Positions 28,731-38,402 of a stretch of DNA of 64,000 nucleotides are shown here, in pieces (within the stretch, counting starts at the first letter, position 1; every line of letters begins with the position of its first letter). The stretch comes from Candidatus Yanofskybacteria bacterium RIFCSPHIGHO2_01_FULL_44_24 (GTDB lineage Bacteria; Patescibacteriota; Minisyncoccia; 2-02-FULL-40-12; GWA2-44-9), in assembly GCA_001794215.1 (NCBI GenBank), contig MGJK01000015.1, positions 23,684 to 87,683 of the forward strand, in the 5' to 3' direction. Made by a program: the position numbers and the translations under genes. A model generated the notes under the pieces. The model was not told the origin of the DNA. It worked only from the letters and a program-made list of their open reading frames with translations, and ran no database searches.

Positions 28731-30623
28731 TTAGTAACCCATCGCTCGCATCACTGCCAAGGGAATCTTGATGGCCATCCCAACGGGTAGTGTTCTCGAA
28801 CTAAGAAGATCCTTGACCGCCCCGCCGGTCCACTCTTGCTCGTACATACCATTGGCATCCAGAACTTGCTGGCTAAGATCCATAAGCTGCTGATCGGACA
28901 AAGGTACCTTGGACATGCTTTCTACGGTATGCCAAACATTTTCGTTAAGAATTTGACTGAATGCCCTGGTAGCCGATTCTGTAGCCACGGTACCGGCCTT
29001 ACCTCCTGTAGCTGATATAACCTGCTCAGGACCGGGCATAGCCAAGTATCCTATTCCGGCGCCCCATAAAATTGCTTCGGCCCCGCCCCAGACATAGCGT
29101 CGCCACCATTTCTCATCAAGATTGCCCCGGATTAATTCCTTAAAACTCTTTAGATCTTCGACGACGGCTCCGTATCTTATCTTGTTAAGCTCGGATAGCA
29201 ATTCTTTTCTCACGGCCTTTTTGTTTTCTTCGCTCATGACTTCCTGCCCTGCGAATCCTTTTGTCTTTCTAAGTTTTTCTTCAAGAATCTGAACGGCATT
29301 TTCCACGGCCCGATTGATAAATTCGTCATTTTCCTTATCCTTGGCCTCCACCACGCCCATGAATGCCGCATTCTCTACGCCGCCTCTTCCGACCTCTCCT
29401 CCGACCGCTCTGAAAACGTCCCATGCATATTTCTCCGCTTCCTCGGCGGTAAGGTTTTTGTCTTTTTCTATGTTCTTGGCGTAGGCCTCCACATGCTCGG
29501 CGGCTGTTCCTGTACTGCCTCTGAATTTCTCAGCCTGATAGAATTCCCATATACCGGCGGTGGCAAAACCTTTAGCCCGCTCTTTGATCCAGCCCCAGTT
29601 ACTTTTAACCTTTTCTTTGGCGCCTCTATAGACCTCTAAAACCCGGTCTTTGAAACTTTTGCCCATGCCCTTTTCTAACGACTTAATATCTTTTTCTAAT
29701 CGTTTTATTTCTTTTTTGAGATTTTTTATTTCTTTTTCGACTCGCTCTTTTTCGCTCTGCCAATAGGCCAGTCCATCTACACCAATGCCTATTATCCTGT
29801 TAGAAAATCTGATCTTTTCGGCAATTTCCCCATTTAAATAAGCTTCCTGCTGAACAAGGTTAGCCTCAACGGCCGTCAATTCGTTCTTTGTTGCCTCTAA
29901 TTTACGCAGTGCTTCTTCAGATTTCTGTCTCTCAATAAATTCTTCTTTCTTTTGCTCCCAGTACTCGACACTTTCACCTTTAAGCCCTAAGGTTTGTCTT
30001 TTAGCAAATAGTATCTGTCCTTCTATTTCTTCAAGTGTCATGTCTCGCTCGGGCTTTTCAGTTACTTCCGAATCCGCTGCTTCCAGGGTCTCGGTTGGTT
30101 CTGGTATTCCAAAATCAACGGTGATTTGTGGCCTCTCTGCCGGAATAGTATTGGTAACCGAACCCGTTTCAGGAGACGTCGGAGCCGCCTCCGGTGGTTC
30201 CTCCTGAGGTTGATGCTCCGGATCACCTACGGGCACGCCTTCGGGCCTGTCTTCGGCGCCATCCTGAACTTGAAAGTTAGTTTCGGATCCTTGTATGCCG
30301 GCCTTAAATAAGGTGGCCTCTGTTTGAACGTCTAATAAGCGGTTTCCAAGGTTGGCAATATAATCCCGATCATCTTCTGGCAACTCCTCCCAAGCCTTAA
30401 AAGAAAGTTCTTTCTTAGCCTGCCAATCATTCCTAAGGGTATTATAAAGACCGAGAGTTTCCGGAGTCATTTCTCCGGGCTTTTCTCCTTTACGAAATGC
30501 CGTCATTGCATGAAAAGCCAGCAAGGTATCCCTCTTCTTTTCTAAGGCTTCTAAATACAAAACCTCCGGTGATTTTTCAGCCGGAGATCCCTCCGTTTTG
30601 AGCTCTCTACCCTCGGTAGCCAT
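28731..30623 (-). CDS. Large coiled-coil protein with late TM segment and possible LysM-like C-terminus
   Basis: Pro/Glu linker; heptad region; hydrophobic AILWGAGIGYLAM; C-terminal VWHTV...LPVGMAIKIP. Confidence 0.65.
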   Translation of the reverse strand: MATEGRELKTEGSPAEKSPEVLYLEALEKKRDTLLAFHAMTAFRKGEKPGEMTPETLGLYNTLRNDWQAKKELSFKAWEELPEDDRDYIANLGNRLLDVQTEATLFKAGIQGSETNFQVQDGAEDRPEGVPVGDPEHQPQEEPPEAAPTSPETGSVTNTIPAERPQITVDFGIPEPTETLEAADSEVTEKPERDMTLEEIEGQILFAKRQTLGLKGESVEYWEQKKEEFIERQKSEEALRKLEATKNELTAVEANLVQQEAYLNGEIAEKIRFSNRIIGIGVDGLAYWQSEKERVEKEIKNLKKEIKRLEKDIKSLEKGMGKSFKDRVLEVYRGAKEKVKSNWGWIKERAKGFATAGIWEFYQAEKFRGSTGTAAEHVEAYAKNIEKDKNLTAEEAEKYAWDVFRAVGGEVGRGGVENAAFMGVVEAKDKENDEFINRAVENAVQILEEKLRKTKGFAGQEVMSEENKKAVRKELLSELNKIRYGAVVEDLKSFKELIRGNLDEKWWRRYVWGGAEAILWGAGIGYLAMPGPEQVISATGGKAGTVATESATRAFSQILNENVWHTVESMSKVPLSDQQLMDLSQQVLDANGMYEQEWTGGAVKDLLSSRTLPVGMAIKIPLAVMRAMGY

Positions 30624-30717
30624 TAAGACAAGTATCTCACGCCGGAACTAAAATTCAATACGCCCGTATGTGGACAAGAAAAATAACTTTTTTCTTAAAA
30701 TCTGATAGAATTATCTT

Positions 30718-32250
30718 ATGCTTCACCGGACACTCACTAAAAGGAGAGAGCTCGTTGTCTTTGTCGCAATAGTTCTGACAGCTATCTTCTTCCGTTTTTA
30801 CCAGCTAAACTCTTTTCCTCCCGGACTTTACCCTGATGAGGCTATGAACGGCAACAATGCATTAGAAGCGTTGTCTACCGGGAATTTCAAAGTTTTCTAC
30901 CCCGAGAATAACGGCAGAGAAGGGCTTTTTATCAATATCCAAGCATTGTCAGTTGAGGTGTTCGGTAATCACCCTTGGTCGCTGCGCTTAGTCTCGGCCG
31001 TCATGGGCATACTGACCGTCATTGGATTGTATCTCCTGACCAAAGAGATGTTTGAATGGCGCATAGCCGCCGTCTCCGGCTTCCTGATGGCTATCTCTTT
31101 CTGGCATGTTAATTTTTCCCGAATCGGCTTTAGGGCCATCATGCTGCCATTCGTTCTGGTATTCGGTTTTTATTTCTTCTGGAAAGGTATTAAAAATCTT
31201 CGTTTAAGTGATTTTATACCGGCCGGAATTTTCTTTGGTTTAGGCTTTCACACTTACATACCCTATCGTGTTGCTCCGCTGATCGTACTGATTTTATCAT
31301 TGGTATACTGGTGGAATGTCAGAAAAGATATTGCTTTATCAAAATATAACGAAGTAAAAACAAAGTTTTTCAAAGGCTTTGCCGTCATGATTATCTCGGC
31401 AATCATAATAACCCTGCCTATCGGACTTTACCTTGCAGCCAATCCGGAACAATTTAACAGTCGCTCCGGGCAAGCTCTGTCTGTATTCAGCCAAGACAAC
31501 CCGCTACAGGAACTGGTGTTAAGTACCGTAAAAACCTTGGGTATGTTTACCTTTACCGGAGACTTCAATCAGCGACACAACATTGCCGGCCAGCCGATGC
31601 TGCCTTGGCCGATAGGAATATTTTTCATCATGGGAATCTTCCACGAAATCATCCATTGGTTTAAAAGAAAACATGGGCATTTTTCAACAACACACACTTT
31701 TATTCTATCCTGGTTCTTTGTAATGCTCCTGGCGGGATTTTTATCTACCGAAGCGCCCCATGCGCTCAGGGCCATCGGAGCTATCCCGGTTGTTATGATA
31801 CTGACCGCAAAAGGATTGTGGTGGTCATTTGAAAAAATAAAGATTCTGTACACTCAAGCGTATCCTTATAAAACAAGATATGAATTGCATACCTTCATAG
31901 GTGCCGTAATGATCCTGTTTGTAGTATCGTTCGGCTTTCTTGAATTTAACAGGTACTTTAAGGTATGGGGACCGGATCAGGAAACCGCTGGCGCTTTTAA
32001 TAAAAATTACACGAAAGTAGCCGAGAAAGTTAATGCGATGCCGAATCAAATAAAAAAATATATCCTGGTCAACGCCGAAGGAACCTTAGTTAATGGCGTC
32101 CCCATGCCGTCTCAGACAGTCATGTTCCTAACCGACACCTATACCGCCGAAAAACAAAAAGCCAAAAATATTTTTTATCTTACCCTGGAACAATACCGTT
32201 CCGGTCAGTATGACAAAGGCGGAATTGTAATACCCCTCGAAAACAAATGA
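30718..32250 (+). CDS. GT-C glycosyltransferase (ArnT/PMT-like)
   Basis: PPGLYPDE, SLRLVSA, WHVNFSRIGFR; multi-TM. Confidence 0.85.
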   Translation: MLHRTLTKRRELVVFVAIVLTAIFFRFYQLNSFPPGLYPDEAMNGNNALEALSTGNFKVFYPENNGREGLFINIQALSVEVFGNHPWSLRLVSAVMGILTVIGLYLLTKEMFEWRIAAVSGFLMAISFWHVNFSRIGFRAIMLPFVLVFGFYFFWKGIKNLRLSDFIPAGIFFGLGFHTYIPYRVAPLIVLILSLVYWWNVRKDIALSKYNEVKTKFFKGFAVMIISAIIITLPIGLYLAANPEQFNSRSGQALSVFSQDNPLQELVLSTVKTLGMFTFTGDFNQRHNIAGQPMLPWPIGIFFIMGIFHEIIHWFKRKHGHFSTTHTFILSWFFVMLLAGFLSTEAPHALRAIGAIPVVMILTAKGLWWSFEKIKILYTQAYPYKTRYELHTFIGAVMILFVVSFGFLEFNRYFKVWGPDQETAGAFNKNYTKVAEKVNAMPNQIKKYILVNAEGTLVNGVPMPSQTVMFLTDTYTAEKQKAKNIFYLTLEQYRSGQYDKGGIVIPLENK

Positions 32251-34028
32251 CGAAAATAATTAAAATCCTGCCCGCTCTGATCGTGATTGCCGCTTTAGTC
32301 TTAGCTGTTTCAAGCGTCTGGAATGATTCTCCGATCGTTGACGAAATACCGCACATAGGAGCGGGCTATTCTTATGTAGCTAAGCTTGATTCTCGTCTCA
32401 ATCCAGAGCATCCGCCGTTAGCCAAAGACTTGGCCGGATTCGCATTAAACTTTATGGATTTGAACCAGAGCGCTTTTAACAGCAGGTTCTGGCTTCGAGA
32501 CGTTAACGGCCAATGGGAATTTGGGAGGCACCTCCTTTTTACCTCGGGCAACGATGCCATAACGGCAGTCAGGGTCGCAAAAATTCCTGAACTTTTATTT
32601 TTTGTTTTCTCGGGAATCTTGATATTTGTTTGGGCAAAAAAAATGTATGGAGACAAAGCCGCCGTCTTGGCTCTTTTTCTTTTTTCGTTCTCTCCTACGG
32701 TGATCGCCCACTCTCGGTTTGTTACTACTGATATGCCGGCATTATTCGGAGTATTGCTTGGCACTTTTTTCTTCGTACGCTACCTTAAAAATCCTTCAGT
32801 AAAAAACTTGGTTGTCGCCGGATTAGCCTTGGGCGTAGCCGAACTTACAAAATTTTCACTGTTTCTCCTGATACCGTTCTTTATTCTTCTGGCCGCTTTT
32901 TACGGTTTGCTGATTTTCTCCGAGAAAAGATGGAAAATGACCTTATTTTATTTTAGCCGGACGCTAATAATTGTATTGACGGCCTATATTTTCGTGGTTT
33001 GGCCGATGTACGCTTTGCATGTTAAAAACTACCCTCCAAGCCTCCAGCGTACCCAGACAGAAAATATTTTATCTTCATTCGGAAGGCGTTCTTTAGCCGA
33101 CACGGTTGCCTTTTTTGCGGATAAGCCCGTCATACGAGGTTTAGCCGATTATGGGCTTGGCCTTCTCATGGTTACTCAGCGTTCAGTCGGCGGAAACACC
33201 ACTTACTTTATGGGTGAAGTTAGAAACTACGCCTGGAAACAATATTTCCCCATTGTTTACTTCCTGAAAGAGCCTCTCCCTTTCTGGATCCTGCTGATCC
33301 TGATCTGGCTATTCTGGTCAATGCGGGTACGTTTTGAGAAAAATGTCATTCAACAAGCATGGCATTGGTTTGTAAAATTAGTAAGAAATCACTTCACCGA
33401 ATTCGCCATGCTCTTATGGTTAGCGACCTACTGGTATTCGAGTATAACGGCGAACCTGAATATAGGCGTAAGACATCTCATGCCTACATACGGATTCATT
33501 TTTATCCTTCTTTCCGGTCAATTAGTTAAAATCTATAAATTGGTAGCTCCGAAAAAGCTTTTCGCTTTTACCTTTGCGCTTTACGCTTTACTCGGTTGGT
33601 ACTTATACGAAAACTTATCTATATACCCCTACTATCTGACCTATTTCAACCAAGTAGCCGGCGGACCGGCGGGCGGCTACCGGTACGTTGTAGATTCTAA
33701 TATAGACTGGGGTCAAGATGCTAAGCGTCTTGCCGATTGGGCGGAAGATAACGATGTGAAAAAGATTTACTTTGATTATTTCGGATGGGCCGATGCTCGG
33801 TATTATTTAAAGGATAAATTCATGTGGCTGCGCGGGGGACAATTTAAAAATGCGGCTGAATTTCTCCGAGCCGAACCCAAGGGCGGATATATAGCCGTAT
33901 CGGCGACATTTTTCATGGGCTCTTTCGAGAAACCGGAAACAAGCTATGCTTGGTTGGAGAATTACCCTAAAAAAGCAGTCATAGGCAATAGCATTTTCGT
34001 TTGGTATATTCCTCCAGTCTCGCATTAA
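32247..34028 (+). CDS. GT-C glycosyltransferase (family 39-like)
   Basis: DEIPH, NPEHPPLAK, TTD, DSNIDWGQD. Confidence 0.85.
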   Translation: MTKIIKILPALIVIAALVLAVSSVWNDSPIVDEIPHIGAGYSYVAKLDSRLNPEHPPLAKDLAGFALNFMDLNQSAFNSRFWLRDVNGQWEFGRHLLFTSGNDAITAVRVAKIPELLFFVFSGILIFVWAKKMYGDKAAVLALFLFSFSPTVIAHSRFVTTDMPALFGVLLGTFFFVRYLKNPSVKNLVVAGLALGVAELTKFSLFLLIPFFILLAAFYGLLIFSEKRWKMTLFYFSRTLIIVLTAYIFVVWPMYALHVKNYPPSLQRTQTENILSSFGRRSLADTVAFFADKPVIRGLADYGLGLLMVTQRSVGGNTTYFMGEVRNYAWKQYFPIVYFLKEPLPFWILLILIWLFWSMRVRFEKNVIQQAWHWFVKLVRNHFTEFAMLLWLATYWYSSITANLNIGVRHLMPTYGFIFILLSGQLVKIYKLVAPKKLFAFTFALYALLGWYLYENLSIYPYYLTYFNQVAGGPAGGYRYVVDSNIDWGQDAKRLADWAEDNDVKKIYFDYFGWADARYYLKDKFMWLRGGQFKNAAEFLRAEPKGGYIAVSATFFMGSFEKPETSYAWLENYPKKAVIGNSIFVWYIPPVSH

Positions 34029-34052
34029 CCCGTCTCTCACTCTATTATGAAA

Positions 34053-34874
34053 TGAAAACGCCCGTGGGGTTACCACGGGCAGCGATTCTTTTCCAAGGCT
34101 CGCCGAGCCCGATTTCAAACTAAGTTCAACGCATGGTCTCTCTCCTTCCGGCAGCCTGCCGGACGAGTTTTAGATCCGGCCATTTGTTGTTTGTTTGGTT
34201 TCCCGAAGGCCCCGCGCACGTTTTCAGGCGTGCGCAGGACTCATCCATCGGGAAGGCGTGTCGGGTTAATTTTGGGAACCTTCCACGATCCCCGGTCCGA
34301 CGTCGATACTCCAGCGCTCTGCCAACTGCGCCGGAGGTCCGGGCGAACCCGGACGAGATTTCAACGTGGAGTTTCGCCGAAGCGCCACTCCACGAATGGG
34401 TCTTGATTCTCTTATCGGATCCCCATCTCTCTCCGACAAGAAAGCAATGACATGTCTTCGGTCATCGCTCAGGTAGGCCGAGAGCCGCAATGATGTGAGC
34501 GACCGGCATTTTCACCGGTTCGCCTGATCATCGCAGCACTACGGCCCATTCAGAAGCAGAGGAGGAGTTCTTCGCTCGCGCCACCCGCGTTTCGTCGGCC
34601 GCCGTTTCAGAGCGCTTCTCGCACCCCCCTCTGCCATCTTTTGAGCTCCCTTTCGCCGTTTATAGGCACATAAGGGCTCGAAGCAGCCAACAAACAAGAA
34701 AACTGATAGAGATAGATTCTAACCCTACGATTCTAATCCAGATCCTTTCAGGCCTATTTCTCTTACTTGAATGCCCGGATAGTGGATATTTTGAGGTATT
34801 TGCTGGCTTTTTCGAGCCCTCCACCTTAGTAAAACTAAGGCAAAAGCTCACTTTATGTAAAGAACTGATTCTAC
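34053..34874 (-). ncRNA. Candidate large structured ncRNA (~820 nt)
   Basis: Own promoter and terminator, dense GC-rich hairpins, no credible ORF. Confidence 0.55.
34055..34080 (-). terminator. Intrinsic terminator
   Basis: GCCCGTGG-TAACC-CCACGGGC followed by GTTTTC on the minus strand. Confidence 0.7.
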
Positions 34875-34880
34875 CTTACC

Positions 34881-34908
34881 ATTATAGCAGATAGGTAAAA
34901 TTTGTCAA
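34881..34908 (-). promoter_or_regulatory. Sigma70 promoter with extended -10
   Basis: TTGACA-16-TATAAT preceded by TGC. Confidence 0.75.
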
Positions 34909-35927
34909 ATTTCGCCGACAAACCTCACTTCGGGCTCCAACTTTACCCCGAATTTTCTTTCAACGTCGCTCCCGATAAGAGAAGCGAATTTTTTGATATC
35001 TTGGGCCCTTCCCCGGCCGTAGTTCACTAAAACTAAAGCGTGCTTCTTCGATACCCCGACGCTCCCTATTCTTTTACCCTTCCATCCCGACAGTTCGATC
35101 AGCTGGCCGGCCGACAGTTTAACTAAGTTCCTGCCCGAGATGCGACCCTTAAGTCCGGGATGGAGGCCAATAAGTCGCTTATAGACACCCGAGGATATAA
35201 CCGGATTTTTGAAAAACGATCCGGCCGTGCCAAAAAACTGATCCGGATAAATCAACTTGCTTCTCCTTATTCTGATAACGGCTTCTCTGATTTTTTGTAT
35301 GCTCGGTTCTTTTTTATTTTGAAAATATTTTACCAAATCAGAATAAATAATCTTTGGTTTAGGTTTTTTATCTAACCTTAAAACAGCAGAGAGCACTATG
35401 TAGTTTTTTCCTATCTTATGTTGGAAGATGCTGTCCCTGTAGCCGAATCGGCAGCCTTTTTTTGATAATCTGAGAACTTCTCCTGATTTGATATTCAACG
35501 CATTGACACTATGAAGAACGTCTTTAAGTTCCGTTCCGTAGGCTCCTATATTCTGATGAACTGCCCCGCCGACCGTTCCGGGTATTAACGACAGGTTTTC
35601 AATCCCGCCGAAATTATGCCTAACCGCCCAGGCAACAACTTTATCCCAAATTTCTCCCGCCCCAACCGACGCTAAGACAAATGAACCCTTGTCTCGAAAA
35701 TCCGCGCCCCTGATTAAAAGCCTCAATACCAATCCCCTGACTCCGTCATCGGATATTAGGATATTGCTGCCTCCGCCTAAGACAAAAATTTTAAGCTTAT
35801 TTTTGCGCGCAAATTTTACAGACTCTTTAATCTCTGAGAGGCTTTTTGCTTCGGCAAAAAGCTCTGCCGGCCCGCCGATCCTAAAAGTAGTATAAGGAGC
35901 AAGTTTTACGTTTTTTAGTATCCGCAT
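34905..35927 (-). CDS. murB: UDP-N-acetylmuramate dehydrogenase
   Basis: TTFRIGGPA, GGGSN, IPGTVGG, GSFFKNP, HALVLVN, LEPE. Confidence 0.95.
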   Translation of the reverse strand: MRILKNVKLAPYTTFRIGGPAELFAEAKSLSEIKESVKFARKNKLKIFVLGGGSNILISDDGVRGLVLRLLIRGADFRDKGSFVLASVGAGEIWDKVVAWAVRHNFGGIENLSLIPGTVGGAVHQNIGAYGTELKDVLHSVNALNIKSGEVLRLSKKGCRFGYRDSIFQHKIGKNYIVLSAVLRLDKKPKPKIIYSDLVKYFQNKKEPSIQKIREAVIRIRRSKLIYPDQFFGTAGSFFKNPVISSGVYKRLIGLHPGLKGRISGRNLVKLSAGQLIELSGWKGKRIGSVGVSKKHALVLVNYGRGRAQDIKKFASLIGSDVERKFGVKLEPEVRFVGEI

Positions 35928-35949
35928 CCTCTAAAATCCGTTTAAATTT

Positions 35950-36756
35950 TTATTTATAGTAAACCCTTCCGTCTATCCTGAGATCAATATATTGGGGCCG
36001 AAAATCGACGTTAGACTTATCGTTTAAAAATATTTTAAGCACTTCCACCTGTCCTTCAATATCAGTATCCAGGTTAAAAATCAACCTGTATCCCCCATCG
36101 GCAACTAAATAAAAATCCATGACGGAATCCTCGGGTATCCCGGCTTCCTTAGTGCTAATATTGCGCTTTTTCAGAGTTTCAGCTGCAAGTCTTATCCCGT
36201 TAAAAAAATCTATATCGATTCTCTCCTGATTATCAGATTTCCTTAGGTCATCTATCATCAACAACAAAAATCCGGAAGATCGAACCGGCTCACCCCATAA
36301 GACTCCTTCGGAATCAAAATAACGGCATTTACCGGGATCAAAACACCAGATTCCCGAAGGCATCCTCTCGAAAAAATTGATGATTAATTCGTGTCTCAGT
36401 TTTTTTTCTATTCCGATAGTCTTTAAAACAGGAAACTCGGCCGATAGCTTGGCCGCCAAGGCTTCGCCGTCAAAAAAAAGTATATTTTCCTGCATTCGAA
36501 GATAGCCAAGCGTTTTAACTTCCATCGTTTGCCGTATTTCCCTTAAAACATAATCATCCTCCACCGTTTTTAGGCCGTTAATCGTTATGTTTCTTACATC
36601 GAAAACTTTTGCGAAAAACAAAAGATACGCGACTCCCCCGGTTAAAAACGCTAAGAAGAACAGAAACCCGGCAAACTTCAAAATAAAACGGCGCCGTTTT
36701 CCGCGCGCCAGATTATCACGATAACTGTTGAGGTTTTTGATATTGACCGGTTTCAT
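35950..36756 (-). CDS. ftsQ: Cell division protein FtsQ/DivIB-like
   Basis: Basic N-terminus, single TM, POTRA-like region, C-terminal YIDLR..RVYYK. Confidence 0.75.
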   Translation of the reverse strand: MKPVNIKNLNSYRDNLARGKRRRFILKFAGFLFFLAFLTGGVAYLLFFAKVFDVRNITINGLKTVEDDYVLREIRQTMEVKTLGYLRMQENILFFDGEALAAKLSAEFPVLKTIGIEKKLRHELIINFFERMPSGIWCFDPGKCRYFDSEGVLWGEPVRSSGFLLLMIDDLRKSDNQERIDIDFFNGIRLAAETLKKRNISTKEAGIPEDSVMDFYLVADGGYRLIFNLDTDIEGQVEVLKIFLNDKSNVDFRPQYIDLRIDGRVYYK

Positions 36757-36767
36757 GGCGATTTCGA

Positions 36768-37139
36768 TCAGTCTAAGGCCCTATAATCCCGCCTGCGGGG
36801 CCTTTCTACCGTTTTAACCACAAGAGACCCGTCTTCTTCAACGCAAACAAATCTAAGACCATACGGCTTGTTATAAAAATACCGGGCATCCGAGTATTTG
36901 TTATTAATCCGTCTTATGACCCGCTTTACCGGATCTAATCGAATCTCTTTAGCATCCCCGATTACGAGCCTAAGTTTGCCCTGCCACTCTTCTAAGCTGC
37001 TTGGAATTTCATCAAAACGATCCAATGGTTTCCACCTTTCGATAAACCTTTCGAGGGCATGAGAACTTATCTTTACTTCCGCCCCCCGAAGGTTTTCCGT
37101 AAGCTCCGGACTTTTTTGATAAAGCAACTCTTTTCTCAT
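36768..37139 (-). CDS. Hypothetical protein with SHALERF motif
   Basis: 123 aa; overlaps the serS stop. Confidence 0.6.
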   Translation of the reverse strand: MRKELLYQKSPELTENLRGAEVKISSHALERFIERWKPLDRFDEIPSSLEEWQGKLRLVIGDAKEIRLDPVKRVIRRINNKYSDARYFYNKPYGLRFVCVEEDGSLVVKTVERPRRRDYRALD

Positions 37140-38401
37140 GACTGCTTAATTTCCTTAGTATCCATGTATTTTTGCAGGACTTTTGGAATTTTGATCGTAC
37201 CTTTTTCGGTCTGATAATTCTCAAGAATAGCAATGGGAAAACGGCTTGACACGACTGCCGTCCCGTTGAGGGTGTGGACTAATTCTGCATCACCGTCTTT
37301 CTGGCGGTAACGAATGTTGAGACGCCGCGACTGGTAATCGGTACAGTTCGAAGTACTGGTGATCTCTCCGTAATCGCCGTCAGGATTTGAGTCAGATCTT
37401 TTCATGGTCATCCAAGCTTCTACGTCGTATTTCCTATATGCAGGGCCTCCGAGATCACCGGAAGCGATATCAATTACCCGATAGGGAAGTTCGAGTCCGT
37501 CAACTATCTCTTTTTCAATCTTGAGAATTTCCTCGTGCAGTTTCTCGGAGTCTTCAGGTTTACAATAAATGAACATCTCAAGCTTTGTAAATTGATGCAC
37601 ACGGTACAGACCCTTGGACTCTCGTCCGTATGACCCGGCCTCGGTTCTATAGCAATGAGATAAGGCAACGTACTTCTTCGGCCCTTCAGAAAGGTCTAAT
37701 ATCTCATTGGCATGGTAGCCGCCAAGAGTAATTTCGGCCGTACCAATCAAGCTAAGGTCCGAATTTTCTATTGAATAAACCTGCGTTTCCGGCCCGCGAG
37801 GGTTAAACCCTATTCCCGACAATATCTGATCTTTGGCCAAATCCGGCGTTTCCATAAGCACATAGCCATGCTTAGTAACTATGTCTATGCCGTAATTAAT
37901 CAGGGCTTGGTTGAGCTTTACTAAATCATTTTTTACAAAATAAAACTTAGAGGATGCCACCTTGCCGGCCCGCTCAAAATCAATCAAATCAAGACCGAGC
38001 ATAAGTTCCTCGTGATCCCTCGGCTTAAATTCAAATTTGGGAATTTTCCCGTTTTTTTCAAGAACCTTAAAATTTTCTTCTCCGCCCCTTGGAGCATCGG
38101 GATGAGTCATGTTCGGCACTTTTTTCAGAAGTTCGAGATAGTAAATCTCCAATTCCCGAAGCTCTTTTTCCATCATGGCTATCTCGTCCCCTACTGCGCG
38201 CATTTTCGCTATTTCTTCAGGAGATGGCTTGCCCTCCGAGGCTTTATTTCTAGCGGCCCTAAGCTCCTGAATTTTGGCCATCAGCTCCCGGCGCCTTTCA
38301 TCCAAACCGAGTAATTCGTCGACATCAACATTCATCCCTCGTTCAGCGATGTTTTTCCTTACCTCATCTTTGTTCTGGCGAATAAACCTGATGTCCAACA
38401 T
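37136..38401 (-). CDS. serS: Serine--tRNA ligase
   Basis: MLDIRFIR, LIGTAE, YRTEAG, GLYRVHQF, HTLNGT. Confidence 0.96.
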   Translation of the reverse strand: MLDIRFIRQNKDEVRKNIAERGMNVDVDELLGLDERRRELMAKIQELRAARNKASEGKPSPEEIAKMRAVGDEIAMMEKELRELEIYYLELLKKVPNMTHPDAPRGGEENFKVLEKNGKIPKFEFKPRDHEELMLGLDLIDFERAGKVASSKFYFVKNDLVKLNQALINYGIDIVTKHGYVLMETPDLAKDQILSGIGFNPRGPETQVYSIENSDLSLIGTAEITLGGYHANEILDLSEGPKKYVALSHCYRTEAGSYGRESKGLYRVHQFTKLEMFIYCKPEDSEKLHEEILKIEKEIVDGLELPYRVIDIASGDLGGPAYRKYDVEAWMTMKRSDSNPDGDYGEITSTSNCTDYQSRRLNIRYRQKDGDAELVHTLNGTAVVSSRFPIAILENYQTEKGTIKIPKVLQKYMDTKEIKQS

Positions 38402-38402
38402 A

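Noticed and set aside
34133-34851. Short ORFs within the 34-kb GC-rich region
   Set aside because: They overlap on both strands, lack RBS and show Arg/Pro/Ser-rich composition typical of non-coding GC-rich DNA
34053-34874. Identification as RNase P RNA, tmRNA or a group I/II intron
   Set aside because: I found no GAGGAAAGTCC, no tRNA-like CCA end with tag ORF and no intron domain V or flanking exons by eye; an Rfam scan is still needed
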